Part shown: piece after piece, positions 1 through 9,991 of the stretch
Layout of the letters: every line of letters begins with the position of its first letter
How positions within the stretch are numbered: position 1 is the first letter of the stretch
Assembly: GCA_965227295.1 (NCBI GenBank)
Contig: OZ245742.1
Span: forward strand, 4,256,001-4,320,000
Origin: Leptonemataceae bacterium
GTDB taxonomy: Bacteria > Spirochaetota > Leptospiria > Leptospirales > Leptonemataceae
Length of the DNA: 64,000 nucleotides
Direction: 5' to 3'
Notes under the pieces: generated by a model
The model's input: the letters and a program-made list of their open reading frames with translations, nothing else
What the model was told of the DNA's origin: nothing
The model's database searches: none
Program-made: the position numbers and the translations under genes

Positions 1-1392
1 GTCGAACACCAGCACGCGCACCGGCGTACGCCGATAAGTGCCCGCCCCGCCGGTAGCCTCATCAAACAAGAGGTTTTCGCGATACGGCAACGCCTCGTTC
101 TTTTCGCGCAGGGCACGTTCCAGGCGATTGTGCAGACGCGCGTCGTTGGGATGCAGCCCGCGCAGCCGTTGCAGGATGCGCAGAAAGTTTTCGTAGTCCC
201 CGGCCCGGCGATAGTCCTCCAGTTGAATGCGCAAGACCCCCTGATGATACGGATACAATTCCAGAGATCGGCGCAGATGCGTGTTCATCACGTCCCGACG
301 ATTGCGAGAACGGTAGTAGCGCGCGCGGTCGTAGTGGTAACGCGCCAGTTCCCGCCGCAACGAACCCGCCGGTGGAAACAACCGCGCGTGATGAATCACG
401 GCTTCTTCCAATGAAAATCGTGTCAGAGAATTCCCGGGATCGATGGCGAGGGCCCGCTGCAGGTCCCGGACACCGTCGCGTACGCTACTGCCACCCGAAC
501 GCAACCGCAGCGCCGCGATCATGTACAGAAGGTCCGGATCCGCACGAACGTCCTCCAGAGCATTCGCGCGCCTGAGCGCAGCTTCCGAACGATTGCGATA
601 GAGGTCGATGCGAATCAGTCGGCCCTGAACATCGCGGTCGTCCGGGGCGAGCTTCTCGGCCTTCAGTAGCGCCGCGTGGGCCAGGTCCAGGTGTTCGCCG
701 CGTTCTTCTTCATCGCTCACGGAAAAAGCACGCCGCAGTTCCATGTGCGCCTGAGCGGCATAGATCCTGGGATCATTCTGGTCAATCTGGCGAGCGCGGC
801 GCAGATAATCCTCCGCCAGGTCCAGGCGTTCCTGGTCCGCCGTGGTCAACGCGAGCCCCACCAGCGATCCCACATGGGTCGGCTGCACGCGAATGGCCCG
901 CTGAAAGTAACCCTCGGCGAGACGATAATTTCCACGAAGATAATAAAACACTCCGAAGGCATGGTTGTTCGCCACGTTGCCCGGGTCCTTCGCGCGTACT
1001 TCTTTGAGCAGTTTTTCCGCCGCGGCAAAGTTCCCCGCCAGAGAGTGCGTGCGCGCGAGGCCGACGCGCGCGTCCAGGTTTTCGTCGTCCAGTTCCAGGA
1101 CCTTGCGGTAGTGCTCGGCCGCCCGTCCGGTTTGCGAGAGGGCCAGATAAGACCGCGCGGCGCCGAGATGGGCGGCCGCCGAGCGCTGGTTGCGCTGGAT
1201 GGCCTGGTGAAAGAGATAGACCGCTTCCTGATAACGGCGACGACCCAGCGCGCTCTCGCCCTCCCGCACGAATTGCAGGGCGCTCTTTCGCGGCTGGGCC
1301 GTCGTCACCGGAGCGAAGGACGGCACGGACATCAGGCCGGCCAGGCAGAGGACAATAACGCAACACCGGCGTTGCTTTGCTAACTTCATCAT
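1..1392 (-). CDS. Exported tetratricopeptide-repeat (TPR) protein, runs off the left edge
   Basis: Not in the ORF track. Manual translation from ATG 1392 gives MMKLAKQRRCCVIVLCLAGL (signal-like) then TPR units (AEHYRKVLELDDENLDARVGLA; AEGYFQRAIRVQPTHVGSLVGLA); open to position 1. Confidence 0.85.
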   Translation of the reverse strand, partial: MMKLAKQRRCCVIVLCLAGLMSVPSFAPVTTAQPRKSALQFVREGESALGRRRYQEAVYLFHQAIQRNQRSAAAHLGAARSYLALSQTGRAAEHYRKVLELDDENLDARVGLARTHSLAGNFAAAEKLLKEVRAKDPGNVANNHAFGVFYYLRGNYRLAEGYFQRAIRVQPTHVGSLVGLALTTADQERLDLAEDYLRRARQIDQNDPRIYAAQAHMELRRAFSVSDEEERGEHLDLAHAALLKAEKLAPDDRDVQGRLIRIDLYRNRSEAALRRANALEDVRADPDLLYMIAALRLRSGGSSVRDGVRDLQRALAIDPGNSLTRFSLEEAVIHHARLFPPAGSLRRELARYHYDRARYYRSRNRRDVMNTHLRRSLELYPYHQGVLRIQLEDYRRAGDYENFLRILQRLRGLHPNDARLHNRLERALREKNEALPYRENLLFDEATGGAGTYRRTPVRVLVFD

Positions 1393-1415
1393 ACTAATAC
1401 TCTGTGACCAAATAT

Positions 1416-3524
1416 TTACTCCGGAACGAAAAAGCCCGCATCGGCCACACCGTAGGTTCCCAGGTAGTTCGTCTGCAATCGCACGTCGACGTAGCGCCCG
1501 CTCAATTCCCGGCTCAGCGCCGAACGATAGGTGATGATGTAACGTTCGTCCAGGTTCTCGCGAACGGCCTCATAGACGCCGGACAGCGCGGTCTCATCGA
1601 AGCCGCGGTAGTAGGTTCCGCCCGTCCGCTCGGCAAGTTCCCGGTGCATGGCCTTCCAGCGTTCGGCGCTCCCGCCGTCCGCATTTTCTCCCAGGGATTC
1701 CGCCTCGTAAGAAATGACGTGCACGGCAATCTCGTTGGCCCGGGCATACTGGATGATCTTTTGCAACGTGTACTGATCGTAAGCGCCGGCGAAGGCCTTA
1801 CCGGAAAGAATCAACACGACGCTGCGCGGACCGAGTTCCGGAACGAGAATCGTCAGGGCTTCAAAGAGACCCTTGCCGAGATTCGGCTCCGTCGATCGAT
1901 CGCCTTCCTGTAAGAGCTGCAGGATGCGTCGGCGCTCCAGGCCCTCGTAAACGTTGCGCACAGCGTCCCCCGCGTGCACGATGCGCAGGTTATCCGTAAG
2001 GCGCAGAGGATCGAGCAGCCCGCGCAGCGTCGTCGGCAGATACGGCGCAAACTGCTCCGCGAAATAGAGTGAACTCTCCTGAACCAGGACCAGGTTCACC
2101 CGCCGGTTGTAGGGTCGCATGTTGTCCGTGCGAATGCCGCCGATGCGCCGGTCGTTTTCATAGAGCGCGAAGTCCGGTCGCGACAATCCGCGCACGGGGT
2201 CCCCGAGACGATTCTTGACCGTAAGAAAGACGCCCACCGTCGGAAAAGATCGTGTGTCGACGCGCTGAATGCGCGTGTCCATGTTGGCGATGCGCAGGCC
2301 GCGGGGCACCAGGGTCAGCACCGTGTTCTTGCCGTAGTCCGCGACGTGCAGGGCTCCGTAATCATCCAGGCGCGCCGAGAACGGCCGGTCCAGAACCACG
2401 GGGCGGTCCTGTTCATCGCGCAGGTCGGGCAAGGTCTCCCAACGATTCTCGCGAAGCTGGTAAAACAATACGCCCGCCTCTTCGTCGGCCACCACCAGCC
2501 GATCATTACGTAGATGCAAACCCCGGGGTTTGCGCAGCAGTTCCGAACGAATGTCGCCGAGGAAGTTACCGTCACGGTCATAACGTAAGATGCGCCGATC
2601 ATCCCGATCCGCAACGTAGACCGTCCCGTCCGCATGCACGGCGACGCCGGCCGGAAAAACGAGATTGCGGCCGCGCTCATCCCCGCCGAACGAGATCAAG
2701 AACTGTCCCTCGCGGTCAAATTTCTGAACACGTTTGTTGCCGCTGTCGGTAACGTAGATGAAGTCCTTGCTGATTGCAATTCCCGCCGGCCCGCGGAACT
2801 GTCCGTCGCCGGAACCGGAGCCGCCGAAGTCCGCGAGTTCGTAGCCGTTCAGGGTAAAGACACGCACCCGGTCCCCGGAGTAATCGGCGATGTACAGTCG
2901 CCCGTCGTCCGCGGCCATGGACATGGGACCACGCAGGGCGTCGTAGAACACGCCGGTGATTTCGCGCTCCGGCAGTCCCGACGGGTTGATTTGTAAGATG
3001 TTGCCGCTTTCGTACGAGAGCAGATACAGCCGGTTATTCTCATCCACCGCCGTATCCACCGGGCGCTGGAAGCTGTGGGAATTCCAGCTATGCGGATAGT
3101 ACTGGCGCAGGAAGACGAAGTCGCCGGGGTTACGATAGCGGTTCAGGTAGAAGCGCAGCAATTCGCCGCGCTGGCGGACCAGAGGATAGGCCCCATCGGA
3201 GATACTGTCCAGGGACTCCCATTGTTCCAGGGCCTCGTTCCAGTCACCGGAGTAGTAGTAGGCGTCTCCGAGATAACGCAATGCCAGGTGAAAGAAAGGC
3301 TGGACGTTCAGCGACTTGTGAAAGAACTCCCGGGCCGCCACGTACTGCATGGAGTTGTGGAAGACCAGGCCCTTCTGGAAAAAGTCCCGGGCCCGCTCTT
3401 CTTTGATGCGGAAGCGCGGAATCTCCTGGGCCGCGACCCGGTCCGGGCCGGGCACGAGCAGGACCGGCAGCAGTACGAGCAGCGTTGCCAGGCCGAGCCG
3501 CGGAATGAGACGCCTCCGGGTCAT
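1416..3524 (-). CDS. Exported TPR + NHL-repeat beta-propeller + vWA-like domain protein
   Basis: Signal peptide from MTRRRLIPRLGLATLL; NHL repeats (GQFRGPAGIAIS..IYVTDSGNKRVQKFD); C-terminal vWA-like region (ELAERTGGTYY); start moved to ATG 3524. Confidence 0.85.
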   Translation of the reverse strand: MTRRRLIPRLGLATLLVLLPVLLVPGPDRVAAQEIPRFRIKEERARDFFQKGLVFHNSMQYVAAREFFHKSLNVQPFFHLALRYLGDAYYYSGDWNEALEQWESLDSISDGAYPLVRQRGELLRFYLNRYRNPGDFVFLRQYYPHSWNSHSFQRPVDTAVDENNRLYLLSYESGNILQINPSGLPEREITGVFYDALRGPMSMAADDGRLYIADYSGDRVRVFTLNGYELADFGGSGSGDGQFRGPAGIAISKDFIYVTDSGNKRVQKFDREGQFLISFGGDERGRNLVFPAGVAVHADGTVYVADRDDRRILRYDRDGNFLGDIRSELLRKPRGLHLRNDRLVVADEEAGVLFYQLRENRWETLPDLRDEQDRPVVLDRPFSARLDDYGALHVADYGKNTVLTLVPRGLRIANMDTRIQRVDTRSFPTVGVFLTVKNRLGDPVRGLSRPDFALYENDRRIGGIRTDNMRPYNRRVNLVLVQESSLYFAEQFAPYLPTTLRGLLDPLRLTDNLRIVHAGDAVRNVYEGLERRRILQLLQEGDRSTEPNLGKGLFEALTILVPELGPRSVVLILSGKAFAGAYDQYTLQKIIQYARANEIAVHVISYEAESLGENADGGSAERWKAMHRELAERTGGTYYRGFDETALSGVYEAVRENLDERYIITYRSALSRELSGRYVDVRLQTNYLGTYGVADAGFFVPE

Positions 3525-3576
3525 GATGTGACATAATATTAGAGACGAAAGCGGAGTTTCAAGCGTTTTTGAGGCC

Positions 3577-4419
3577 CTACGTATCGCGCGGGGGCATGCC
3601 GAGCTTCTTGCGTAGCTCCTGGTTCTCATGAAAGAGATCCATGAGTTCTTTGTCCGTGAAGATACGCAGGGAATCCAGGGCGGAGATGATCTTATCCCGC
3701 TCCAGGTTTTCCCGGGTGCTCATGTCCAGGGCGATCTCGGTGGCATCGATCTGGTCTTTGGCACGTTTGAGTTCGAAGTCCCGGTAATCGCTCAAGCGCT
3801 CCCTCGCTTCTAACTGGGACTTCATGTCCAGGATCTCCTGATCTTTCAGGTTCATGGCCTGTTCCATGGCCCCCTGGATGCTCTTGTCGAAGTCGCGCAG
3901 GCTCTGCTCGTACTCCAGCAGTGAGCTGTAGGCACCGGTTTCTTCTTTTTGGGTACGCAGTTCGCCCCGGGCCAGTTCCAGGAGACTCTCGAAGACCCCG
4001 CCGCGCTCCCGGCTGTCGTGGGAGAGCCGGTAGACGACGTTGCGGTAGTACTCCAGTTGCAGGGAGAGTTCCAGGAACAGCTTGAGATGCAGCGGCCGCA
4101 GATCGTCGTCCAGGACCAACGCCCGGGGAATGAGGCCGGCTTCCTTGCCGAAACGCGCGTACTCTTCTTCGGGAAGAATGATCACCTTCGGAAAATCGTC
4201 GAGATGCCGGGCCGCACGCAGGGCCTCCAGCATGGTTTCCACCTGACCGCGCTCGGACTGGATGAGGAAGATATGGAAATTCGAGGATCGCGCCGGGTGA
4301 ATGCCGCTCAGGTCGTTCAGATGCGCCTCGACCACTTCCATGCGGAACGGTCCGGACTCCCGGGAGATGAGCGGGAACTTACGCCCTTCCGAGATATGAT
4401 AGATCTTCGACGTCTGCAT
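3577..4419 (-). CDS. Hypothetical protein, possible degenerate receiver-like N-terminus and coiled-coil C-terminus
   Basis: ORF with E/K/L-rich heptad C-terminal half; start at MQTSKIY inferred. Confidence 0.7.
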   Translation of the reverse strand: MQTSKIYHISEGRKFPLISRESGPFRMEVVEAHLNDLSGIHPARSSNFHIFLIQSERGQVETMLEALRAARHLDDFPKVIILPEEEYARFGKEAGLIPRALVLDDDLRPLHLKLFLELSLQLEYYRNVVYRLSHDSRERGGVFESLLELARGELRTQKEETGAYSSLLEYEQSLRDFDKSIQGAMEQAMNLKDQEILDMKSQLEARERLSDYRDFELKRAKDQIDATEIALDMSTRENLERDKIISALDSLRIFTDKELMDLFHENQELRKKLGMPPRDT

Positions 4420-4501
4420 GAACTTTACGCCGCGCACCGCCTTTGCCGGCACACCTTACACAGCGTGCAAAGCTCCGATCGTATGTCCAATAGAAAATCG
4501 C

Positions 4502-6331
4502 TCAGCCCGGTGATCGTCGTGACCGACGGCGCAGTCGGATCAGACGATAGCGAAGCCACCGCAGCAGAGGGATAGCGACCCGCAGGCGTAGCGCCTGCAC
4601 CGCAGCGATGATGCGTTGGACAAAGGCCAGGCCCAGGAACCACCCACCGGCAGCCCCGGCGCAGGGGGCCAGGGGTTTCCAGAGCAGCCCGAGCAGACGA
4701 CGCACGGGACGGGTAATGAAATAGAACGGATTGAAGCCGTCGGTCCGGCGCGCCATGATGTAAAAGCCGAAAACCAGCAGCAGGATGTTCGGCAGCCAGG
4801 CGCCCAGGGCAGGATCGATGCCGCCGCCGTAGGCCTCCGCCTGCGCCAGCATCACCGAACTATAGTACGCCAGAAAGACGAACAATGCCAGTACAAAGCT
4901 CATGCCCTTGCCGGAACGTTTGACCACCAGACCGAGCGGAAACGATATAAAGAAAAACAGCAGGCATGCCGTGGGAGTGGCCATGCGCGAGTGGATTTCA
5001 TAAATGAAACGGCGCCGGGTTTCTTTGGCCATCTTCACCAGGCCGTCGAACATGGCCGCAAACATCATCATCATCTGCGGAGAGAGGTCCCCCTCTCCCA
5101 TGCTGGCCGCGAGCGCCGTAAACTGCTGCGGCATGTTCTTCGGGATCTTGCCCTGCATCAATTGCGGCAGTAACATGCGGAACTGCATGGCCTGGACTTC
5201 CATGCCCTGAATCGACGGTAGTTTGATGGTACGATTCAGCATGCCTTCGATCTGCGCATCCGAGGCGCTACCAATGAGGCTGTTGTACTTTCGCACGCCG
5301 GCCACGTTGGCCATGCTGCCGATGAGCGTCATGGGCGTGATTTCAATGCCGCCGTTGTCCAGCCGGTGGACGAATTCGAACAGCTCGTCGAAAGTCCGGG
5401 AACTGGGCTGCACGTTCAGCCGTCCGAGGGGCGGCGGCGGTTCCGGGATAACGTAGTCCATGGTCCCGCCGGTGAAGTCGGTAATCTGGAAGGTCTCTTC
5501 TTCCTGGTTCAACTCCACGGCAAAACCGTTCGTGAGGCGAATGAACTTTTCGGGCGTGCCTTCTTCGGTGATGCGCAAAAGCATCTCGCCTTCCCGGGCG
5601 TGGACGATCTGCGTCATAAAACCGTTGCCGAGGGGTACGGAGACCTTGCCGATCTGAATAGTCGTGGTCTTCGCCGCGTCCATCTCGTTCTGCCATTCGC
5701 GGATCTGCACGTTGTGCAGGACGCTACCGGTGCGGCTCTCGGCGTAAATGTCCTGGCCCTTCGAGGACATGCCGTCGAAATCCGCGCGTCCGAGAAAACG
5801 ACCGGTCTTCACCATGCTGAGCTGATGATAGGTCTTGAGCCAGTTCTGGAAATCCTCGCGCGCTTTCGCACTCGCCGGACTCACATAGAACAGAAGATAA
5901 CCCATGATCAGCATGGACAAAAGTCCGGCGAACAGAAAGACGCCGTACATGCGCGGAAACGAAATTCCCGCCGCGCGCATGGCGGTGACCTCGGAGTCGC
6001 CGGACAGGCGGCCGGCGGCCAGGATACCCGCGAAGAGACAGGCCACCGGCAACGTGAGGCCGAGGGTCTCCATGATCAAGTTCACGAGAAAGAGGGCGAT
6101 GCGCAGCGGATCCACGCCCTTGCTGAGCAGATCGCCGATGACATCTTTGAGCGCGACGGAAATGAACAGCGTCGTAATGAAAAACAGCGCCATGAGAAAG
6201 GGCTGCAGGATTTCCCGAAAGATGTAACGATCTACGACCGTCACGCCGAAGCGCCGGCCGCGAAACGTAAATTCCGGGAGGCGCCACCAACTGCGATCCG
6301 TATGGACGCGATGGGCGGGCTCCGCTGTCAT
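4502..6331 (-). CDS. LptF/LptG (YjgP/YjgQ) family LPS export permease
   Basis: VDRYIFREILQPF, GRLSGDSEVTAMRAAGIS and PLGLVVKRSGKG motifs; 3+3 TM layout. Confidence 0.9.
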   Translation of the reverse strand: MTAEPAHRVHTDRSWWRLPEFTFRGRRFGVTVVDRYIFREILQPFLMALFFITTLFISVALKDVIGDLLSKGVDPLRIALFLVNLIMETLGLTLPVACLFAGILAAGRLSGDSEVTAMRAAGISFPRMYGVFLFAGLLSMLIMGYLLFYVSPASAKAREDFQNWLKTYHQLSMVKTGRFLGRADFDGMSSKGQDIYAESRTGSVLHNVQIREWQNEMDAAKTTTIQIGKVSVPLGNGFMTQIVHAREGEMLLRITEEGTPEKFIRLTNGFAVELNQEEETFQITDFTGGTMDYVIPEPPPPLGRLNVQPSSRTFDELFEFVHRLDNGGIEITPMTLIGSMANVAGVRKYNSLIGSASDAQIEGMLNRTIKLPSIQGMEVQAMQFRMLLPQLMQGKIPKNMPQQFTALAASMGEGDLSPQMMMMFAAMFDGLVKMAKETRRRFIYEIHSRMATPTACLLFFFISFPLGLVVKRSGKGMSFVLALFVFLAYYSSVMLAQAEAYGGGIDPALGAWLPNILLLVFGFYIMARRTDGFNPFYFITRPVRRLLGLLWKPLAPCAGAAGGWFLGLAFVQRIIAAVQALRLRVAIPLLRWLRYRLIRLRRRSRRSPG

Positions 6332-6339
6332 GGCATCTG

Positions 6340-7407
6340 ATGCCTGCTGCTTTCGAAGTAAAGAACGCATTGTTGATTCAAACCGCGTTTATCGGCGACG
6401 TGGTTTTGACGACGCCCATGATCGCGGCGTTCAAGCGGTACCGCCCGGAAGCGAAACTCACCGTCATGGTCAAACCCGAGGCGGCCTCCTTGCTGCGGCA
6501 CAACCCGCACGTCGATGATTTACTCATCATCGACAAAAAAGGCAAGCACCGGGGTGCCGCGGGCATGTTTCGCATGATCGGCGAAATCCGCTCCCGAAAT
6601 TTCGATCTTCTGCTCTCCCCGCACAAATCTCACCGCACGGGATTTCTGGCAATGTTTTCAAAGATTCCCCGGCGGTACGGCTACAAAGACGCCGGCTGGG
6701 CCCGGGCAGCCTATACAAAGCACCTGCAGCGGCCCATGGAACGCCCGGAGATCGAACGCCTGCTCCAGTTTCTGGAGGACGCCCTGGGCGAAAATACACA
6801 GCTCTTTCCCCGGGATCTGGAGCTCTACGTGAGCGACGAGGCCCGGGAACAGGCCCGGGACATCCTCTCACAACTGGACGCCTCACAGCCGATTTTGCTG
6901 GCCCCCTCCTCGGTCTGGCCGACGAAGCGCTGGACGCCCTGGAACTTCGCGGAGTTGATCGGCCTGCTCATCGAACGTTACAAGAAACCGGTGCTGCTCG
7001 TCGGCTCTCCGGGCGACCGCGAGATAGCGGAACGCGTGCTGGAGTTTCTGAAACTCGCGCACCCGGACTGGCCGGACCGCCGCGTGCACAACGTCTGCGG
7101 CAAGACATCTTTGCCGGCGTTGTATGCCTTAATGGAAAAAAGTCTGCTGTTAGTCTCGAACGACTCGGCCCCGGTGCACTTCGGCTGTGCGGCGAAGATT
7201 CCGGTCGTGGCGATCTTCGGTCCCACCGTTCCGGCCCTTGGTTACGCTCCCATTGCCCCGCGCACCGCCGTGGCGGAGCTCGAAGGACTCGGTTGCCGTC
7301 CCTGCGGATTGCACGGGGCGAAGCGCTGTCCGCAGTCGCATTTTCGATGCATGAAGGAACTCACACCGGCGATGGTGATGGACGTGGTGGAACGGGTGAA
7401 TCGGTAG
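6340..7407 (+). CDS. waaF: Glycosyltransferase family 9 (ADP-heptose:LPS heptosyltransferase II-like)
   Basis: IQTAFIGDVVLTTP, WPTKRW and SNDSAPVH..IFGPT motifs. Confidence 0.85.
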   Translation: MPAAFEVKNALLIQTAFIGDVVLTTPMIAAFKRYRPEAKLTVMVKPEAASLLRHNPHVDDLLIIDKKGKHRGAAGMFRMIGEIRSRNFDLLLSPHKSHRTGFLAMFSKIPRRYGYKDAGWARAAYTKHLQRPMERPEIERLLQFLEDALGENTQLFPRDLELYVSDEAREQARDILSQLDASQPILLAPSSVWPTKRWTPWNFAELIGLLIERYKKPVLLVGSPGDREIAERVLEFLKLAHPDWPDRRVHNVCGKTSLPALYALMEKSLLLVSNDSAPVHFGCAAKIPVVAIFGPTVPALGYAPIAPRTAVAELEGLGCRPCGLHGAKRCPQSHFRCMKELTPAMVMDVVERVNR

Positions 7408-7502
7408 ACGCCTCGAACTAAAGTACAGGTGGGGAGAAGTTAATAGTTTGGGATCGAGTAGGCGGCGGGGCACCGCGCTGCTACGGGCTCCGCTTCGCTG
7501 CG

Positions 7503-8648
7503 GGGGCTGACTAAAAAGTGGCCTGCCAGAAGAGATAGGGCATTCATTTTATTGGGGGGAGCTCCGCTCCCCCTGGCTCCGACCCGCGTCGCTACGCGAA
7601 CGCCCGGGCCTCGCCTTCGGCGACCGGCTCACCCTCCGGGCAAGCCTGGCCCGGGCTCGCGGTTCTCCGCCACCCCCTCGGTGTGCAGGCTCCGTTCGCA
7701 GCTCATTCTTTTAACATTATGGGCAAGATAGAACAACCCGGCGTCGGCTTGTGCGCCGGCAAGGCCCCGGGTTACATACCGGCGCCGCTTTTGATTGAAT
7801 TTGCCGTCTCCGAAAACGGTTTCCACAGCATGGCCCCGCATTCGTTGAAACTCACGACCCTGCGGGCTGTTAAGATTCTCTCGTGTGATGTTACGCAGCC
7901 TCTCCAGATTCGGACGCACGGTCAGCGTGCCGGAACTACCCGGCGTGCATTTCTGCCGTAACGGACACTGTATGCAATCCGGAGGCGCGCTGTACTCACG
8001 GCTGTGCTCCACATACCCCGTGCGACTCAGACGACTCTTCGTTCGCTGAAAAGGCAAACGTCCCCCGGCCGGGCAGGTATAGACGTCACTGAATTCATCA
8101 TACGAAAAACGGTTCAAGCGTACACGTTCTTCATTCCATTTTGGAGATCTTTCACGAGATGATGCCGTCTTTCATGCGCATCGGCCGGGCGTCATGATCC
8201 GTGCGCGAACAGCCATTGCGATTTTGCAGGATTTCCCGCTGTTTTTCGTACTTTTCGCGCCGGCGTTCTAACTCACGCGTTCTTCGGAGTTTTTTTTAGT
8301 GTCTGCGAGCATCATGCGCGGATCATACGCACTCGTGCCGCCGCCGCGATAGGCAGTGTAGAGTTCACTGAGGTCCATCCTGTCAATCAACTCGCTGACA
8401 ATCCGTGCCAGATGCCCCGGCTCCACGTAGTCTTCTGTACTCGGCGGGAAAAGATAACTCTCGTTTTGAACATACGGCTTGAACTTCTGCGCCCTGGGCT
8501 TCCGCGAGGCACCACTCAATTCGGTCGTTTCAGGGAAAAGTTCGTCTGCGTGCGGATCTGACATGGGCAGAGCCTCAACCGGCCATCGCCCTTTTCCAGG
8601 AATTTTCGTTGTGTCAAGTCCGTATCCAGGACCTTTTTGGTCAGCCCC
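7503..8648 (-). mobile_element. Internally deleted IS1182-family element, copy 1
   Basis: Terminal inverted repeats GGGGCTGACTAAAAAG / CTTTTTGGTCAGCCCC; transposase fragments (DUF772-like N-terminus, RTDHDARPMRMKD, DDE_Tnp_1_6-like C-terminus); near-identical to 56978-58134. Confidence 0.85.
7629..8564 (-). pseudogene. Fragmented IS1182-family transposase
   Basis: N-terminal KPYVQNESYLFPPS..GGGTSAYDPRMML stops early; separate-frame pieces RNGCSRTDHDARPMRMKD and YTCPAG..C..CPLRQKCT..VETVFG..AHN. Confidence 0.85.
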
Positions 8649-8761
8649 TGGCCTTCGGCCACCCTGCACATCCCTGGCGCGAAGAGTCGCGAAACGAACA
8701 CCTCTTGCGCCAGGGATCGAAAGGGTCGCGCCTTGCACTTAGATTCGGGTCGTGTTCGATC

Positions 8762-9718
8762 TCAGCGATCCAGGAACTCGTCCGGATCGATGGCTTTCCC
8801 GCCGCGGCGGATTTCGTAATGCAGGTGCGGGCCCGTGGAATGGCCGGTGGAACCCACCGTACCGATGCGATCCCCCGGTTTCACCAGAACGCCGGTTTTC
8901 ACGGCGATGCTGTCGAGGTGCGCGTAATACGTTTCGTAACCGGAAGTATGCTGGATGCGTACCAGATTGCCGTAGCCCCGGGACGAATGACGCACGTGAC
9001 TCACCAGGCCCTCACCGGAAGCGATGACCGGATCCCCGCGGCGGCCTTTCAGATCCACGCCGCGATGAAACTTTTTCGGAGAATCGCCGCCGGTGAAACC
9101 GAAGGGATTGCGCCGGTAACCGAAGCCGGAGTTGATCGTGCGGCGGGCGGTGAAGACCGGCCAGCGATGCGGTACCGTGCGAATGTGCAGGGCATAGACC
9201 AGGACGTAGCTGCGATGTTCGGCGAGAGCGTTCCGTAGCTCTTCCAGGCCCTGCTCGAAACGCAGTCGTTGCGACGCCGGCGCGCGCTCCGTTAATGTTT
9301 CTTCTTCGAACATTAGCGGCAGGTTCGCGGCATACTCCCGCGCGAAGAGGCGGGCGTTGATCTCCGCCTGGCGCTCACGCAGTTCGCTAAGGTTACGCTG
9401 TATGGATACGAACTCGCGCAGGAACGCTCGGCGGTCATGGCGGCGTAGTTCACCGGCGGCACCGGTACTTTCCAGGGCGGCCTGGAAGTCCTGTTCCGGC
9501 GCATAGGCGTAATCCGTGTGCAACAACAGCACCCCGGCGAAGATCGCGAGCGCGAAGCACACGAAAACGCTGCCGAAAACCAGCCAGCGCCCGCGCGTGC
9601 GACGTCCGGGAAGATCGATGCGCAGACATTGTTCCCCGCCCTCACGGTAAATGAGAACACAGCTACGTGCTTCGGCGGGACGGCCCGGGCGGCGTTTCTG
9701 TCGTACGCGGGTGTTCAT
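8762..9718 (-). CDS. M23 family metallopeptidase
   Basis: HRGVD, YAHL and STGPHLHYE motifs; N-terminal TM. Confidence 0.92.
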   Translation of the reverse strand: MNTRVRQKRRPGRPAEARSCVLIYREGGEQCLRIDLPGRRTRGRWLVFGSVFVCFALAIFAGVLLLHTDYAYAPEQDFQAALESTGAAGELRRHDRRAFLREFVSIQRNLSELRERQAEINARLFAREYAANLPLMFEEETLTERAPASQRLRFEQGLEELRNALAEHRSYVLVYALHIRTVPHRWPVFTARRTINSGFGYRRNPFGFTGGDSPKKFHRGVDLKGRRGDPVIASGEGLVSHVRHSSRGYGNLVRIQHTSGYETYYAHLDSIAVKTGVLVKPGDRIGTVGSTGHSTGPHLHYEIRRGGKAIDPDEFLDR

Positions 9719-9724
9719 CGTTCT

Positions 9725-9982
9725 TTATATTGGAAGCCACAGGTCCAGCCACAACCGCAGCATCAGCAGGGCGGAGACTCCGATCGCCTGTACTCCCAGG
9801 TACCAGTGACCCTGAATCCTCGGGCTGACCCTTCTGCTCAACCAGAGCGGTCCCAGTATCGGTATCGGCAGTGCGATCAGCGCGGGATAAGGCAGGATCG
9901 CCACAAAAAGCAGATACGCCAGCGCGATCTGGCTCAGGCCGGCATACAATAGCAGGAGCATCCGGGTCGCCAGGGCGAGCAT
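9725..9982 (-). CDS. Small hydrophobic membrane protein
   Basis: 85 aa, about 3 hydrophobic segments, tightly packed in operon. Confidence 0.6.
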   Translation of the reverse strand: MLALATRMLLLLYAGLSQIALAYLLFVAILPYPALIALPIPILGPLWLSRRVSPRIQGHWYLGVQAIGVSALLMLRLWLDLWLPI

Positions 9983-9991
9983 CGGGATAAC

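Noticed and set aside
676..1383. 235-aa plus-strand ORF
   Set aside because: Antisense shadow of the edge-truncated TPR gene
8290..8297. A8 run as a programmed frameshift restoring the transposase
   Set aside because: Downstream frames still stop and the DDE core is deleted, so no functional enzyme results
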